This document shows, piece by piece, positions 26,190 to 38,100 of a DNA stretch of 64,000 nt. The position numbers were made by a program, and so were the translations under genes. This DNA comes from Klebsormidium nitens (taxonomy: Eukaryota > Plantae > Klebsormidiophyceae): assembly GCA_000708835.1 (NCBI GenBank), contig DF237031.1, positions 62,001 through 126,000 on the forward strand, read 5' to 3'. Position 1 is the stretch's first letter. Each line of letters begins with the position of its first letter. Below the pieces are notes generated by a model. The model worked only from the letters and a program-made list of their open reading frames with translations, did not search any database and was not told where the DNA came from.

Positions 26190-29100
26190 TTAGTCCGCTG
26201 TTGTCAGCGCCGCAATGCTACTAACTAACCCGATAACGAGAACTAGAAGGGGGAGGCACACTTGTGTGAGCGCCTCATACGCTATGCCAACCGGTCCGGA
26301 GAGCGCGGGCTCTTTTCGATACTCCAAAACGTTCGGGGCTCCATGCGCCGCATTCGGACCCAGAAGCGGCAAGGCGTCGTGCAGGTCGACGGCGGTGCTT
26401 TGGAGCTTTTCGAGGAGCACGTGGCCATGGAACTGCAAATAACCATAATGTTTAATACAAAACAAAACATAAAGCACTAAATGACTCGCTCGCACCCGAA
26501 CCCAACCTAACCACCAAACTAACCCCACCCGTCCTCGTCGGTTCCTTACTATTATAGACCTTGTTACTAATAAAGTTCAGTTCTATACCTGCAACAACGA
26601 GAGTTGCAAAACGTCCGAGTTCTTGAAGACGTCACTTGTAGGTCACTCTCGATAAGTACAACAGCCGGTTGCACTGGGATAAGTACTTGGGACACGGGTG
26701 GGGTTAGTTGGCAGGTTATGGTACTGAGTGTGGGTGTGGAGCGCGTAAAAGTTTAGGTTAGGATTACTAGTAGTGGTAGGGAGTAGTGGTTGATTTGTGC
26801 CCGGGGTTTTCGAATCGGAATGCGAATGGCAGTGGAAACCAGATTGAAGTTACCAGTATAAGGAGGTCTCCCCCGGCGTTCAGAGCAAAGTGACATTCTC
26901 ATGCATGCCACTGCGGTCTGAAAGAAGGCAGGAAGTGCAGGGGCGAGAAAATCGTAGGCAGCGCAATCCTACCTGCGAATGCACCGAAACGTCCGCCCAC
27001 CAGTGGAACGACGGGTTCCGTTTCAGCTCCGCCCTGAGAACGCGTTGACACCGAGCTCTGCAGAGCGGAAATTCTTGATACCGTGAGATGGTGCAAAAAC
27101 GCACCCTTCCCGTGGCTCAAGTATAATACCATGTCGATCACTACCGAGAAAAAGGACGATTGTAAGAGATCCTTTTGTACGAAGACCGGCAGAAGACATG
27201 ACCCCTTTTGAGAGAAGATACAGAGAACCGAAATCTGAAAGTTGACGGGTAATTTTCCGGCAATCTTCGTTTGCAGTCACCATCTAGTCTATCTAGGAAT
27301 CGGACCACCCAGACAACATCGGTCCGTAAAGGTGATTTCCTGTCTAGGTGTTCAGGTAGCACCCTTATTCCCCAATCCTACGGAAAGTGGGGGGATGATG
27401 AAACCCACAATCTGACGGAAAGTGATGAAAAATTAAAAGCAGAAGCTGAGGATTACATGTCAAAGACTATCTGTCGTGGTGTTGAAAAATATTCAGAAGC
27501 TAGAACGCTTGGTAACTCACAGACCGTAGTACAAAAACAACAGGTGATTCCCCACCGGTGTCACATAAGACACCATGCAGACTTTGGGTCGCCCCGATTT
27601 GACGGAAGATGCTGAGAACCAAAGACTGAAAGCTGAGACTTATCTTCCGGTATTACCTTCGTTTCCAGTCACCATCTAAAGCATACCGTTCGGACCCACC
27701 ATACCCTTACAAGATGTAAAGCATCATGAGGTGGTTGTCAATCCGGATAAACCTTAATCCTGCACACCCTGAGCCCTCGAAAAGTGACCAAACTTGACAC
27801 ACAGAAGCTGAGGACATGTCAAAGAAACAAGTCCTGATTGTGAAGTGTTCGTAAGCTGGAAGTTTTGAAAAACTCACTGTCCGTAATACATCATCAGGTG
27901 GTTCCCGATCGGTATCACATACGACACCATGCATACGCCAGTCGCCCTGATTTGACGGGGAGGTTCCGAGAACCAAAAAGGTAAAAAGTGAAAAACACAG
28001 TCCAAAAACCCTGTATCTTTCCTTTCAACTACCATCCATGCCATAATGAAACGCAACCACCCGTAGTGTTCGTTAGGTGGTTAACTTGAGAATGCATGCC
28101 ATTCCCCAATTCCTGACTCAACGAAAAACGACATGAAAGTGAAGACCAGAAGCTGAGTAACAGATGAAACTCAACAGTTCTGGGGTTATTGAGCGTTCAA
28201 AAGCTGGAGTGCATGAAAACTCACAGTCCGTAGTACATCATCAGGTGATTCCCGACGGGTATTACATACGACACCATGCATACGCCTGTGGCCCCGGTTA
28301 TCAAAAGCACCCACGCCGAGTCGTCGGGAAACGCCAAAGCGATCCCCAAAGAGGCGCCCAATACCAGGGAAGTCTCCGCTAAGTGTCGCCTCCATTTGAA
28401 TCGGTACTTCGCATTCTCGACGCCCAATCTTGTGAGAAGCCGCACGAACCAGAGGTCCAGGGTATGGCGGACCGGGAATTCCGAGGGCGGGCCGCTCACG
28501 GCAATGTATACTGCAGAAAAGAAACCGTTTGTTGGGATCCTGCGAAAATTGCAGTTGAAAAAAACCCCCAAAAAAAAGAAAAAAAATGGCTGAAAAATCG
28601 AGGGCATCCGTCAAGATTCAAGGGACGGGAGGGCCCGTAAAGCAAGCTCAGGCGGCAAAAAGGCTTCTGTTGACTCTTAGCCCAGATCACTGACCCCCTT
28701 TCGTTGATAGACGGGCGAGCTTCGTGGCAAGACAACGAAAGCAATCGAAAGGCATCGGAAATTTCCTGCGGGTGGTACGTTTAGGGGCGTGAGACAAGCA
28801 TTTGCACGTTTGAAAGGAGTCAGCTTACGAGCTCAACTATGAGGGCATTTCTGCTTCATTGTTTGAAACGCAGCGACCGCGTTATGAAGGTCGAGTTACA
28901 GCTAATCACGTGGGTCCACACGATTCAAACGAGTGCAAAAGCAATGCTCTTTCTTTGGTTGCCAGAGCAGGAAAAATCACGAAAACGGCTCGTTGAGCTC
29001 TAGACGCGTCCGACGCCACTAATCAAAAACAGGAAAGAGTCGAACATACTCGTCAAAGCGAGTGGGAAGAAGGTGACCGCAGCACTTGCAGTTTCTTACG

Positions 29101-32100
29101 GCACATAAAGACGTTGAGGAGACCTTGCCAGCCCTTTCCTCCGATCCACTCGTTCTGTAGAATGTTTCCCTTTGTCGCGGCGCCGTATCGAGCGGCCCCG
29201 AAGAAGCCCAGAACACAGTACGTGAGAAACGCGTTCCCTGCAAATTGCAGAAGACTCTTGTAGCGGCTGAAATGCAACTCCCATTTATGTATTGGTTTGC
29301 AAGATGTTCGTCTTTGTCGCGACGCCATACCGAGCGGCTCCAGAGACTACCAGAACGCAGTACGTGAGAAACGCGTTCCGTCCGCAATACAAATATAGAC
29401 TGATATACTTTCAGAAGCGCAACGTTTCAAACGTATGTTTGGTTGCAAGATGTTTCCCTTTGTTGAGGCGCCATACCGAGCGGTTCCAAACAAATTCAGA
29501 ACGCAGAACGCATTCCCAGTTTAACGCAGCAGAACGACAACTGGTAAGTTACAAAGCAGACGTCTATCTGTGTACGTGATTTGCAGGTTGTTCGCTTCTA
29601 TCTGAGCGCACAAACCCGAGCGGCTCCAAAGAAGCCCAGAACGCAGTACGAAAGAAACGCGTTCCAGCGTGCTTATGACCGAACTGTCAGTCAAGATGAC
29701 GCTACCTGAACGACCGGTTGACTCTCCGAGCACCGGGGAGCAGGTTTATAGCAACCGGGGCGACTAACCGAGCGCCACAAATCGGACGACCAAGCAAACG
29801 CGAAATCATGCACCGAGCATCCGAAGGACTTGTCTGGAACCCGGGAAGACTCCGCAAAACCTACCAAAGGCAGATCGCAGAAGTCTGCAACGTTTCGCAG
29901 CCGGTTGTAACAAATCCAATTTGCAAGACTTGTCCCAATCCCAACATGCAAAGATGTAGCCCTGAGCAGCCCAGTCGCATTAGGACAGGGTTCCGCGCAT
30001 GGTTTGCGCCAAACAGAGCAAAGCTCTGAAACGGTGAGAATCTGACGCGGCCACTTTTTCGTCGTAAAAGCTTAACGGTCGCGACACGATTTTGTGCCGT
30101 CTCCCTGCCTTCCAAACCTCTGCGCTCCATATTCCAAGGGAAATTAATCACGCAACCGGGGCGGCTCACCGAGCGTCACGAAACGGGCGGACCAGGCGGG
30201 GATCGTGATCCTAAAACCCTAACACCCTAAAATCATAAAACTCAAAAACCCTAAAACCAACGTTGCCCCGGGGCATTCTGCTATCATGGCCATTGGTTGA
30301 ATGTAAAACGTGAATTCGAACGTAGCAACAATCACGCAACCGGGGCGGCTCACCGAGCGTCACGAAACGGGCGGACCAAGCGAGGATCTTGATCCCAACG
30401 TCGCCTCGGGGCATTTCTGCGATCATGGGCATGAGGATCGGCTGGATGTAGAACGTGAAGCCGAAGGTCGCAACGACGCCGGACATTGCATCTGCAAGCG
30501 AAGTACGAAGTTTAAAGTGGGTGTAGGCCATGCGTGAACAAAGCCGAATGAACGGTGCCAAGACCCGCACAAATTGCCGTCCAAAATGGACACCGTTGGA
30601 TCCATGACACCCTCGGAGATAGCGGCTGACGTCAGGGAAACCCCGACGCTCACTTAAACTTTGCAACACTCTTTGGGCAGATCGAGTCCTGGCAGATTTT
30701 GGCAGAGCCGTTGAGGTTTAGGTTTTGTAGATTGATCGAGCCGAGGAACGTGAGTACACTGACGTTTCAATTCGACCTTGCAGGCGTTGCATCGCTTTGG
30801 TCTCAACGCGAAGACGTTTCTATCCGCTACCAAAACACGAGGGTTCCCCGTTTCGGCGGCAGATCTTGCGAACTTTTTCGGCTGAATAGGCACGCGACGT
30901 GCTGCGAGCCAAGCTGATTCCGAGTACGACATGATTTCTAGCAACTAACCAGGATGGTTATTCATGATTATACGTCCATTAAGCAGACTGAGCGGGACCA
31001 GCCTTGAAGCAGGGTGACGTATCGATTATACGTTCAATAACCCGAGACTCTAAGTCTGCTAGTCAGCCTGGCTGGCCGCAAAACTTGCTGCGTAGAAGAC
31101 GCGTTTAGATGGAAAAGAAACATACCAAAGAGCAGGGACAATGTCATGTCCAACCAGTATCGTTTCATTTCGTAACGATGGGTACTCACGGATGCTATCA
31201 AAGCCCATAATGCGGAGCTCGTTACCGAGCGCCGGAAGGCCCGCAGAAAGGGAGTCCCCCGTAACGGCCACCATGAGCCAGATAACCGCTGGGACACAGG
31301 CGTGCCCGACGTACTCTAGCTGAGACGGAAACCGAAACGATGGTGTCAAGTGTTGGTTTGAAAGTCTGGTCCAAGCAAAGCTGAGCGTATGCGTCGCCGA
31401 TGCGATGCGACGCCAGTACGAGCAAAGTAGAGTTGTGTCAGATCAGGGGCTTTATGGCTGTGCTTTATTGCACGGCCGGAGAGAACGAGGTGGGTTGTTG
31501 ATATGATTTCAGTGTCGGCTCAGAAAAAGCGGTCCAACCAGAGCTGGACCCAAATGTCAGCGACGTATTGTAGAAGTGACAAGAGGGGTAGAGGTTGTGT
31601 TGACGAGGGGCTTGAGGCTTGAATCGATGCTTGAGGCTTGAATCGATGCTTGAGGCTTGAATCGATTCAAGGGTCCAGTTTTCGCAGGAGCCCAACCGAA
31701 GGTCGGTCGATTTGAAGGATTTTTCTGTGCAGCTTTGGCGTGTTGAAGAAAACGCTTGAGCAGAGAGGGGTAAGAAATGCATCGACATTGGCAAGCGGGA
31801 GGGCCGTACAGCTTTCGTTCTTGTCGCAGCGTTTCGTATCGATCAACAGCGACAACAAACGCCTCTGACGACAGCCCGAGGTTGTTGCGAGAGCTATGTG
31901 GGTTTCCGCTGAACCAACGCCCCTCCGTCCACGGCAAAGAGGATGTTTCTGGGGTCCTCTCAAGTCCGCAAACGATTTCACAAGAAAGGAAGAGAAGCGG
32001 TGCATACCTGGCGGAGTTGCTTGACCAAGCACAACGGGGCGACGAACAAGAGAGTCGCTAGCGAGGTGACGAAGCGCGACTTGTCATCCTCTGAGACCCA

Positions 32101-33805
32101 TGCCGGGATCGAGGCTCCGGCAAAAAAGTTGAGAGCCGCAGCACCCGCCTGCATGAACATGCGAGGAAAATGGGTTAGCCGTGCTAATCCTGGTCTCACC
32201 CGCCGTAAACCGGGTTGGTTTAGCCTGGGATTAGGGTGGGTCCAAGAGCAGCGTTGGGAACTTCTAGGCTTCGCTCTTTCAACGGCTTTCTTTCATTTGC
32301 AGACTTCAGATCTTCTGGTCCCGAGATTCCTGGCCTTTTGAGTTTCGTTTGAATCTACATTTTGTTCTTACAAAACGCCAGGAGACATAGCGCCCGCTCG
32401 CGAAGGTGAAGCGTGAGTTCGAACCTGCTCAAACCGTAGTTTCGAAAGCTCCCGACATCTTTGAAGGGATCTACTGAATGTCTACGAAATGGGGATTACC
32501 TGGCCCACTTGAACCATCCCCCCCACTAGGGTCCCCACCAGCAGAACCACGATCGAGAGCTGCGTCACAATCTGCATACCACGAGAATGCACATACAATC
32601 AAAGTTGTGCTGTGAACTACAGAATGACAAAGGACAGCGGAGATAACAAGCGGCTGTTACTTGCTCAAAGCAATCTGTGAGAAGCGTCTCACAAAGATAA
32701 TTCTGAATGTCAATCTGCCCCGTTCAAACTCAGGGTCCGCCTTCGGAATAAGCGTTGTGAATAGTTGTCACTATCACCTGCGGCAAGGTTTGCCAGGACT
32801 TGAACTCACTACCATAACAGCCCCTTCCAAGCAACAACGGGGTTATGGCAGAACGGAGGGAGGGAGAACTTGGACTCCAGCCAATCTTCGCGAGGCCCCA
32901 ATCAGTCTAACCTTGGGAAACGGACGCTGGACTCCAACGAACTTTACATTGTGAACCATCTGTGTGTAGGTGGGTTTCCTCGAAACTGACAAGTCTGGGA
33001 GTGCGCGTCTTCCTTCCGATCATTACGACAGTCGAGCACAACCTTCGAAGGAACTTCGGGGATCAATCAGAGGTTCAAATGGAAGCCGCACCAGCCAAGG
33101 CTCGCCCCCCACTGCGTAAGCTAGTTCTTCATAGTTGGTCTTCCCAGCAACGTATGCTTGACGCAGTAGCAGGTCGCACGTGTATAGATTGGCTAGAGCG
33201 ACAACCCCCATGAGGGTGACAGCGCATACGACGCCTGTGGAGGCGAATGCCGCGGCGATGGGAAGAATCGAGCTGCAAAACAGAGGAAGTCGGATAAACG
33301 AGAATCGCTTTTGAGCTTATCAACGGTACTGCAAACTCTCGTTCAAGGTTGCATACGAGAATTGTCAAGCGGGCCGGCGCTGCGCCATTGGAAGGAAGCA
33401 AAAAAGAGAGAATGCTTTTCGACTTGTGTTGTGTCTTGAGTTCCCATGTTGCTGTTGGACGGAGAGATTGGCCATCTCCAATCAGGAAGGAAATTTTTGC
33501 ATTTCCACGAAACACAAGCGTCCCTGTGCGACCTCTTCAGACCTTTAATCTCACAACAAATTGTGAGGAATTTGGTTCAGTTTTTGAAAACCGCAAACAA
33601 TAACACAAGCTATGCTGTCTGCGAGCAGGATTTAACGTCGCTCAGGGAAAAGGAAGAACGAAACTCTTTGAATGACCCCGTACCTGCCCATAATCGCCAG
33701 TGTAAGCGCCGACCCTGCACTTAGCATCAGCCTCAAATTGCCCCGTGACAACAGTGCCTGCCCAAACGGGGCCTCATGATACGGTGTCAACTCCACCGTC
33801 TCCAT
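26190..33805 (-). CDS. Transmembrane amino acid transporter (Aa_trans / SLC38-AVT-like)
   Basis: Ten phase-consistent exons: 33805-33684, 33272-33092, 32571-32500, 32148-32008, 31319-31190, 30491-30354, 29237-29100, 28510-28225, 27057-26973, 26432-26190. Motifs IMGSSILPIAAAFASTG, YEELAYAVGG, PLCLVKQLRQLEYVG, FGFTFYIQPILMP, GFFGAARYGAATKGNILQN and GATGVCMVSYVIP. Confidence 0.9.
27200..28300 (-). repeat. Three diverged ~350-370 bp tandem units, each containing the exon-8 3' end and donor of the transporter
   Basis: GGAATCACCTGATGATGTACTACGGACT|gtgagt (functional, donor 28224) recurs as ...GATGTATTACGGACA|gtgagt (27877) and ...TTTGTACTACGGTCT|gtgagt (27520). Confidence 0.85.
29160..29670 (-). 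repeat. ~140-bp tandem array of the transporter exon-7 5' end
   Basis: The plus-strand motif ccgagcgg...ccagaacgcagtacgtgagaaacgcgttcc recurs ending at about 29237 (functional exon start), 29379, 29517 and 29665. Confidence 0.85.
30147..30330 (-). repeat. Duplicate of the transporter exon-6 3' part and donor, interrupted by telomere-like DNA
   Basis: 48 nt identical to 30331-30378 (atcacgcaaccggggcggctcaccgagcgtcacgaaacgggcggacca); similarity resumes after an insertion at 30212-30257. Confidence 0.9.
30212..30257 (-). repeat. Interstitial telomere-like tract (TTTTAGGG variants)
   Basis: Plus strand taaaaccctaacaccctaaaatcataaaactcaaaaaccctaaaac, i.e. degenerate CCCTAAAA units. Confidence 0.75.
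31612..31678. repeat. Intronic tandem repeat, 20-bp unit x~3
   Basis: gcttgaggcttgaatcgat repeated three times in a transporter intron. Confidence 0.8.
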
Positions 33806-35134
33806 CGCACAGAGTGGGACCTTAACACTAGCATATGCAGTGGTCCCTTTGGGGGATGTCAACTCCAAACGCTCCCCATCCCTTAGGGTAACAGCTTCAA
33901 TTGCCTAAAGACATCACGTCACCCCAATATGCTCCATCGCTTCTGAAAGGCTGTTGCCTTTGTCAACTATATCTCAGAGGCCCAGCTTCACGGGTTCTGC
34001 TTAGCAAAATTCTAGAGAGGATCGCTGGACGCTGTTACGCTGGGATTGTTCGTTAGCTGGTGAGTGACTCCTGGACTAGTGTCAATCAGTACTTTCGTCA
34101 ATCCAGTGAGCGGTATCTGTGAGCTTTAGCGAATACCACCTGCCGCTAGGCAGCTGCATAGTTCGGCAATTTATGCTCCGGGCTTTTTCACACTGGACTG
34201 CCGACGGCCTTTGTGTGAATGTACATGTCGCTGACACCCAGTGAAACACCAGGAAAGAGTGCGCACTCTTTGCAATTGACTGATAGAGCTGATTTCACCA
34301 CTGCTTTTGCTGTGACGCTTTGCTCTGCGTTTTCCTATCGTCCAAGATCCCGCACAGTGCACACGTCAAAAGCTGCGTACATATTTGCTGCCAGATCTAC
34401 TCTGGTCTCCGAGAAACGGATAGAGGCGCCACTGCATGCTGCTGTTCGTTGGCACGACAGGCTAAAAGTTGCAAACTTCTTAGCAGTATGTTTGGCTCAA
34501 TCAGCATCGATTCATGGCCTCGAGATCCCCCCCTTGTTGCCAGCAAAGTTCTTCTCCGGCGCCCTTTTCTTTTGACAGGAAGCTAGCTCGTCTCCTTGCA
34601 TTGCAGCATCCATGCAGACCCTTGCGAGGTTTAAGATATAATTTTACCTGGGCCATCACTGACGATCAATCCGGGCGTGCCGGTTTCGGAGGCGTTGGGC
34701 TTTTTCCAGCCCCAGGTAAAGCTGGGGACTGCCAGGAAGGCAGACGGTTTTCGAAGCTTTACGAACCTGGCCGGTTGAAATGGCTCCCGGGGCCGGGTTT
34801 GGACTAATAATTTCGGTCGGTTTGCCTGGACTCTGGAGGAAGGAGCACGCAGAGCTCTGCTCAGCTGTCCAGAGCGAGCACTTCCAAGAAGCAAAAGGAG
34901 GACTACGACAGTTCCCTGAAGGAACGCCACAGCAACGGACTCCTTCTTTGACGAAGACTCCGCTAGCTTTTGATTGCCCGCAGACTTTTATGGCGAGCTG
35001 CGTGTGTCTTGATTACTCATTCTTTCTAAAGAAGATCAAGTTGACCTGACAGGAGAAGCCGCAGATGACCAGCTCAATGACCACTCTGTTCGCACAGAGC
35101 TGACCTATTCAAAAACCTTATCAACAGAGCTGCA

Positions 35135-38100
35135 ATGGGGTCCGAAAAAGCAAGTGCCGCCGATGGCCGTATCATGAATGTGAATGTGGGAATTCTAGGA
35201 CACATCGACAGCGGAAAGACCAGCCTTGGTGAGTTGTACTTCTGTTGCATGTGTCAGATGCCCTTCAGTTCTTTTGGAGCTGATTGGCAGCTTCAATATC
35301 AGTCTGGATTTGAAGCTGTTCCTGACATGCTGGATATACGCTCTGGTGCGCTGGTCAAGCTATTAACCACCCCCCCTGTTTAGCAACTGTTTTATAGAGC
35401 TTCTTTGATAGAAACTGGTGTTCTAGCATGTTCTAATCTTCTCCAATGTAGCTTTTGGCTTGAACAACTGGAACGTCACTTTCTCTGCAGTTTCCAGCTA
35501 GGATGGCTTACTAAAACAGTTGTGTTGAATAGTGGGAATGCTGGGGGATTGTCTTCAGGTTATGAAATGATTGGATCGGACCTAAGTTCCTCGATGTCAC
35601 CCGAGTCTTCTCATAGACTCAGATAGTGTATGACGCACGTCACCTGTCCTCAACGATCGTGTGAATAAGCTTTAGTCTGCCACCTGACTGATACGTTGGA
35701 ACACCAGCTTAAACGTGGTGTCAACGCCGCGATTGTCGGAACAATCAAAGAGTCAAAATTGGAACCACTTCAAATCTGTGTGTCAAATAGCTTACTCTCA
35801 ATCGGTTCTGAAAGGCAAGGTATTCGAAATTCGACTCGACGGTTACGACTTTTGAGTTTTTTGTCTTCGCTACAGACGGTCTCTTCCAAGATCTTCCTTT
35901 GAGATTCTGTTCCCACAAGTGCTCCCTACACCCCAGATAATAGGTGGTGCAATGCCAAGTTTTTCCGCAAAGCTTCGCAAAATGAATTGTTTTTATCAAG
36001 TGTTGTTCCCTCACACCCAGGCAATATTTCTACTAATCTATTTGGTACCTTGCATATCGCTTCAGCTCCAACGGGGACTGTTCACCCATTGTCCTTAAGG
36101 GCCTGCTTGCTGCGGTCACTACTCTGATCACCAGAATTGTAGTAGTTTTTATTAACGCACTTTCGTTGACACTATGAACATTGGGATTTGATCCGTGCAA
36201 CTTCCGACAACTGCAGTGTGGGATTCCTGCCACAAAAGCTACGACAGCCCCGCTTCTACTTTATGTAATAACACGGTAGCCGCTTGTAAGTCAAAGTATT
36301 GCACCAAGCTTGCCCTTCGATGAAGCTTGAGAGTTTACTCACACAGGTAAACGTGAAGTCGGCCTTCTGTGGATGCTAAGGAGTGTGTGTTTACCCAAGG
36401 ACTGACACAAGTGTGCTTCTTCAAATCTTCGATGTTTTGACATCTGCAGCTCGCGCCCTGAGTACACTCCTCTCCACTGCTGCCCTCGACAAACACCCCC
36501 AGAGTCTGGAGCGGGGGATCACCCTCGACCTGGGCTTCTCAGCTTTTCAGGTAGGCTTAAGCTTGCGCAGGGCGCACTTTTAACTAATCAGTTGTGGTGT
36601 CAGAACTCATGAGGATCTATACAAGATAGGCGAAAGTGGGAGTCGATTCTGGTGTCAGGACTTGATCAGGACCGAAACCAGATTACGCAAATCTTAGTTC
36701 GCCGGACCTTCCACAAGATATGGAGACAGAAAATCCATTTTGCACATCTTCTAAGCAGCTGCCTGCCGCTCAAAGCAGCTGAGCCTTAGCATTTAACACC
36801 ACTTCCCAACCAACTTTGGAATGATCATGTCATACAGCGTTCGATACAATCCCGTGAGAATTGTACCTCAGCTGCCTTCACGTCCAGAATCTAGCCGTGG
36901 ACTGCCTACTTGACAATTATTGACTGCGTTGAATGGAAGTAAGTTAACCGGACACTCGCAAGCTATAGGCTTATTGCTGCCTCATTTTCTGCAAAGTTGC
37001 AGTCTCAGTTTGGTGTACCACTCATGTCCATTGCAGGTTGATCTGCCAGAACATCTTGCAAGCCTACCCTTCGACAAGCTGCAGTTCACTTTGGTTGACT
37101 GCCCCGGCCATGCATCGCTTATCAAGACCATCATAGGAGGTGCGCGGTTCTTCACATCTTTGGATTGTATAGACAATATGAGAGGCGCTTTTCGTGAGGT
37201 GCTAGCTGAGTCTCTGTGTCCACAGTCTAGCAATTGAATGAATTGAAATCGAGAAATTATAGCAGGGCTACTCATATGACTAGCTCCAGTCTTTTCCAGC
37301 GAAGTCCTGAGTCAGTCAATCATTCTCGCGTCAAGGCCCTGTGGAAGAAAGGTGCCTTGGGGAACAGATTGAAAACCAACGCAGACACTCTTAGAAAGAG
37401 TGGAACGCAGTCACTCCCGATAGAGAGTGAAACGCATTGAAGGGGGGCGGTAGACGAATGAGCGAGGAGTTTACCGAAGGGGTTACTCTTTGCTCCTCAA
37501 ACAGGGTGGCTTCGCTGGGGATCTACCGTCCTCCACTCCACACGTTCGGGTAATCAGCTCAATTGGTAGAGCATCTCGTTTACACCGAGAGGGCTAGCGG
37601 TTCTCCCGCTCGTGTTCCCGCCCTATATATTTTTAACCTCCCCCACTGAGAAATAGAGAAGCTTAAAGCGTCAAGTAGATTTTTCAGTAATCATTAAACT
37701 TTTGGACCGATAAAAACTGGGTGGCCAAAGCAGGTATTTGTCACTAGACGGAATGGTTCCAATGCTTAGCAGAAGGAGCCCCTGCTCTCCTCAGAGTGCC
37801 CTCACATGTCTCCAACGTTACAGGTGCCCAGATCATTGACGTCATGCTGCTCGTCATTGACGTCACAAAGGGCATCCAGACGCAAACCGCTGAGGTGGGT
37901 CGTCTCTTTCGTCGATTGTGGCAATTGATACTCAAAGCGGAGCAAAATGCGGGCACCAGAAGCACATTGGAAAGGTGAGGCGGGTTGTGAGGTCGTATCT
38001 CTTTCGTCGATTCACTTTGGCAAACGATACTCGAAACGAGCAGAATGCGAAGGTTTTGCACCTGGAAGCATATTGGCAAAGGCGGCTCGGTTCCAAGAAG

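Noticed and set aside
26215-26480. Plus-strand ORFs that looked like a transposase fragment
   Set aside because: They are the antisense shadow of the last transporter exon (26432-26190), which splices in phase and encodes the final TM helix.
37548-37619. Functional tRNA-Val, or tRNA-Sec given its location inside EFSec
   Set aside because: The anticodon is TAC, not TCA; there is no long variable arm; the T-loop is shortened and the acceptor stem does not pair.
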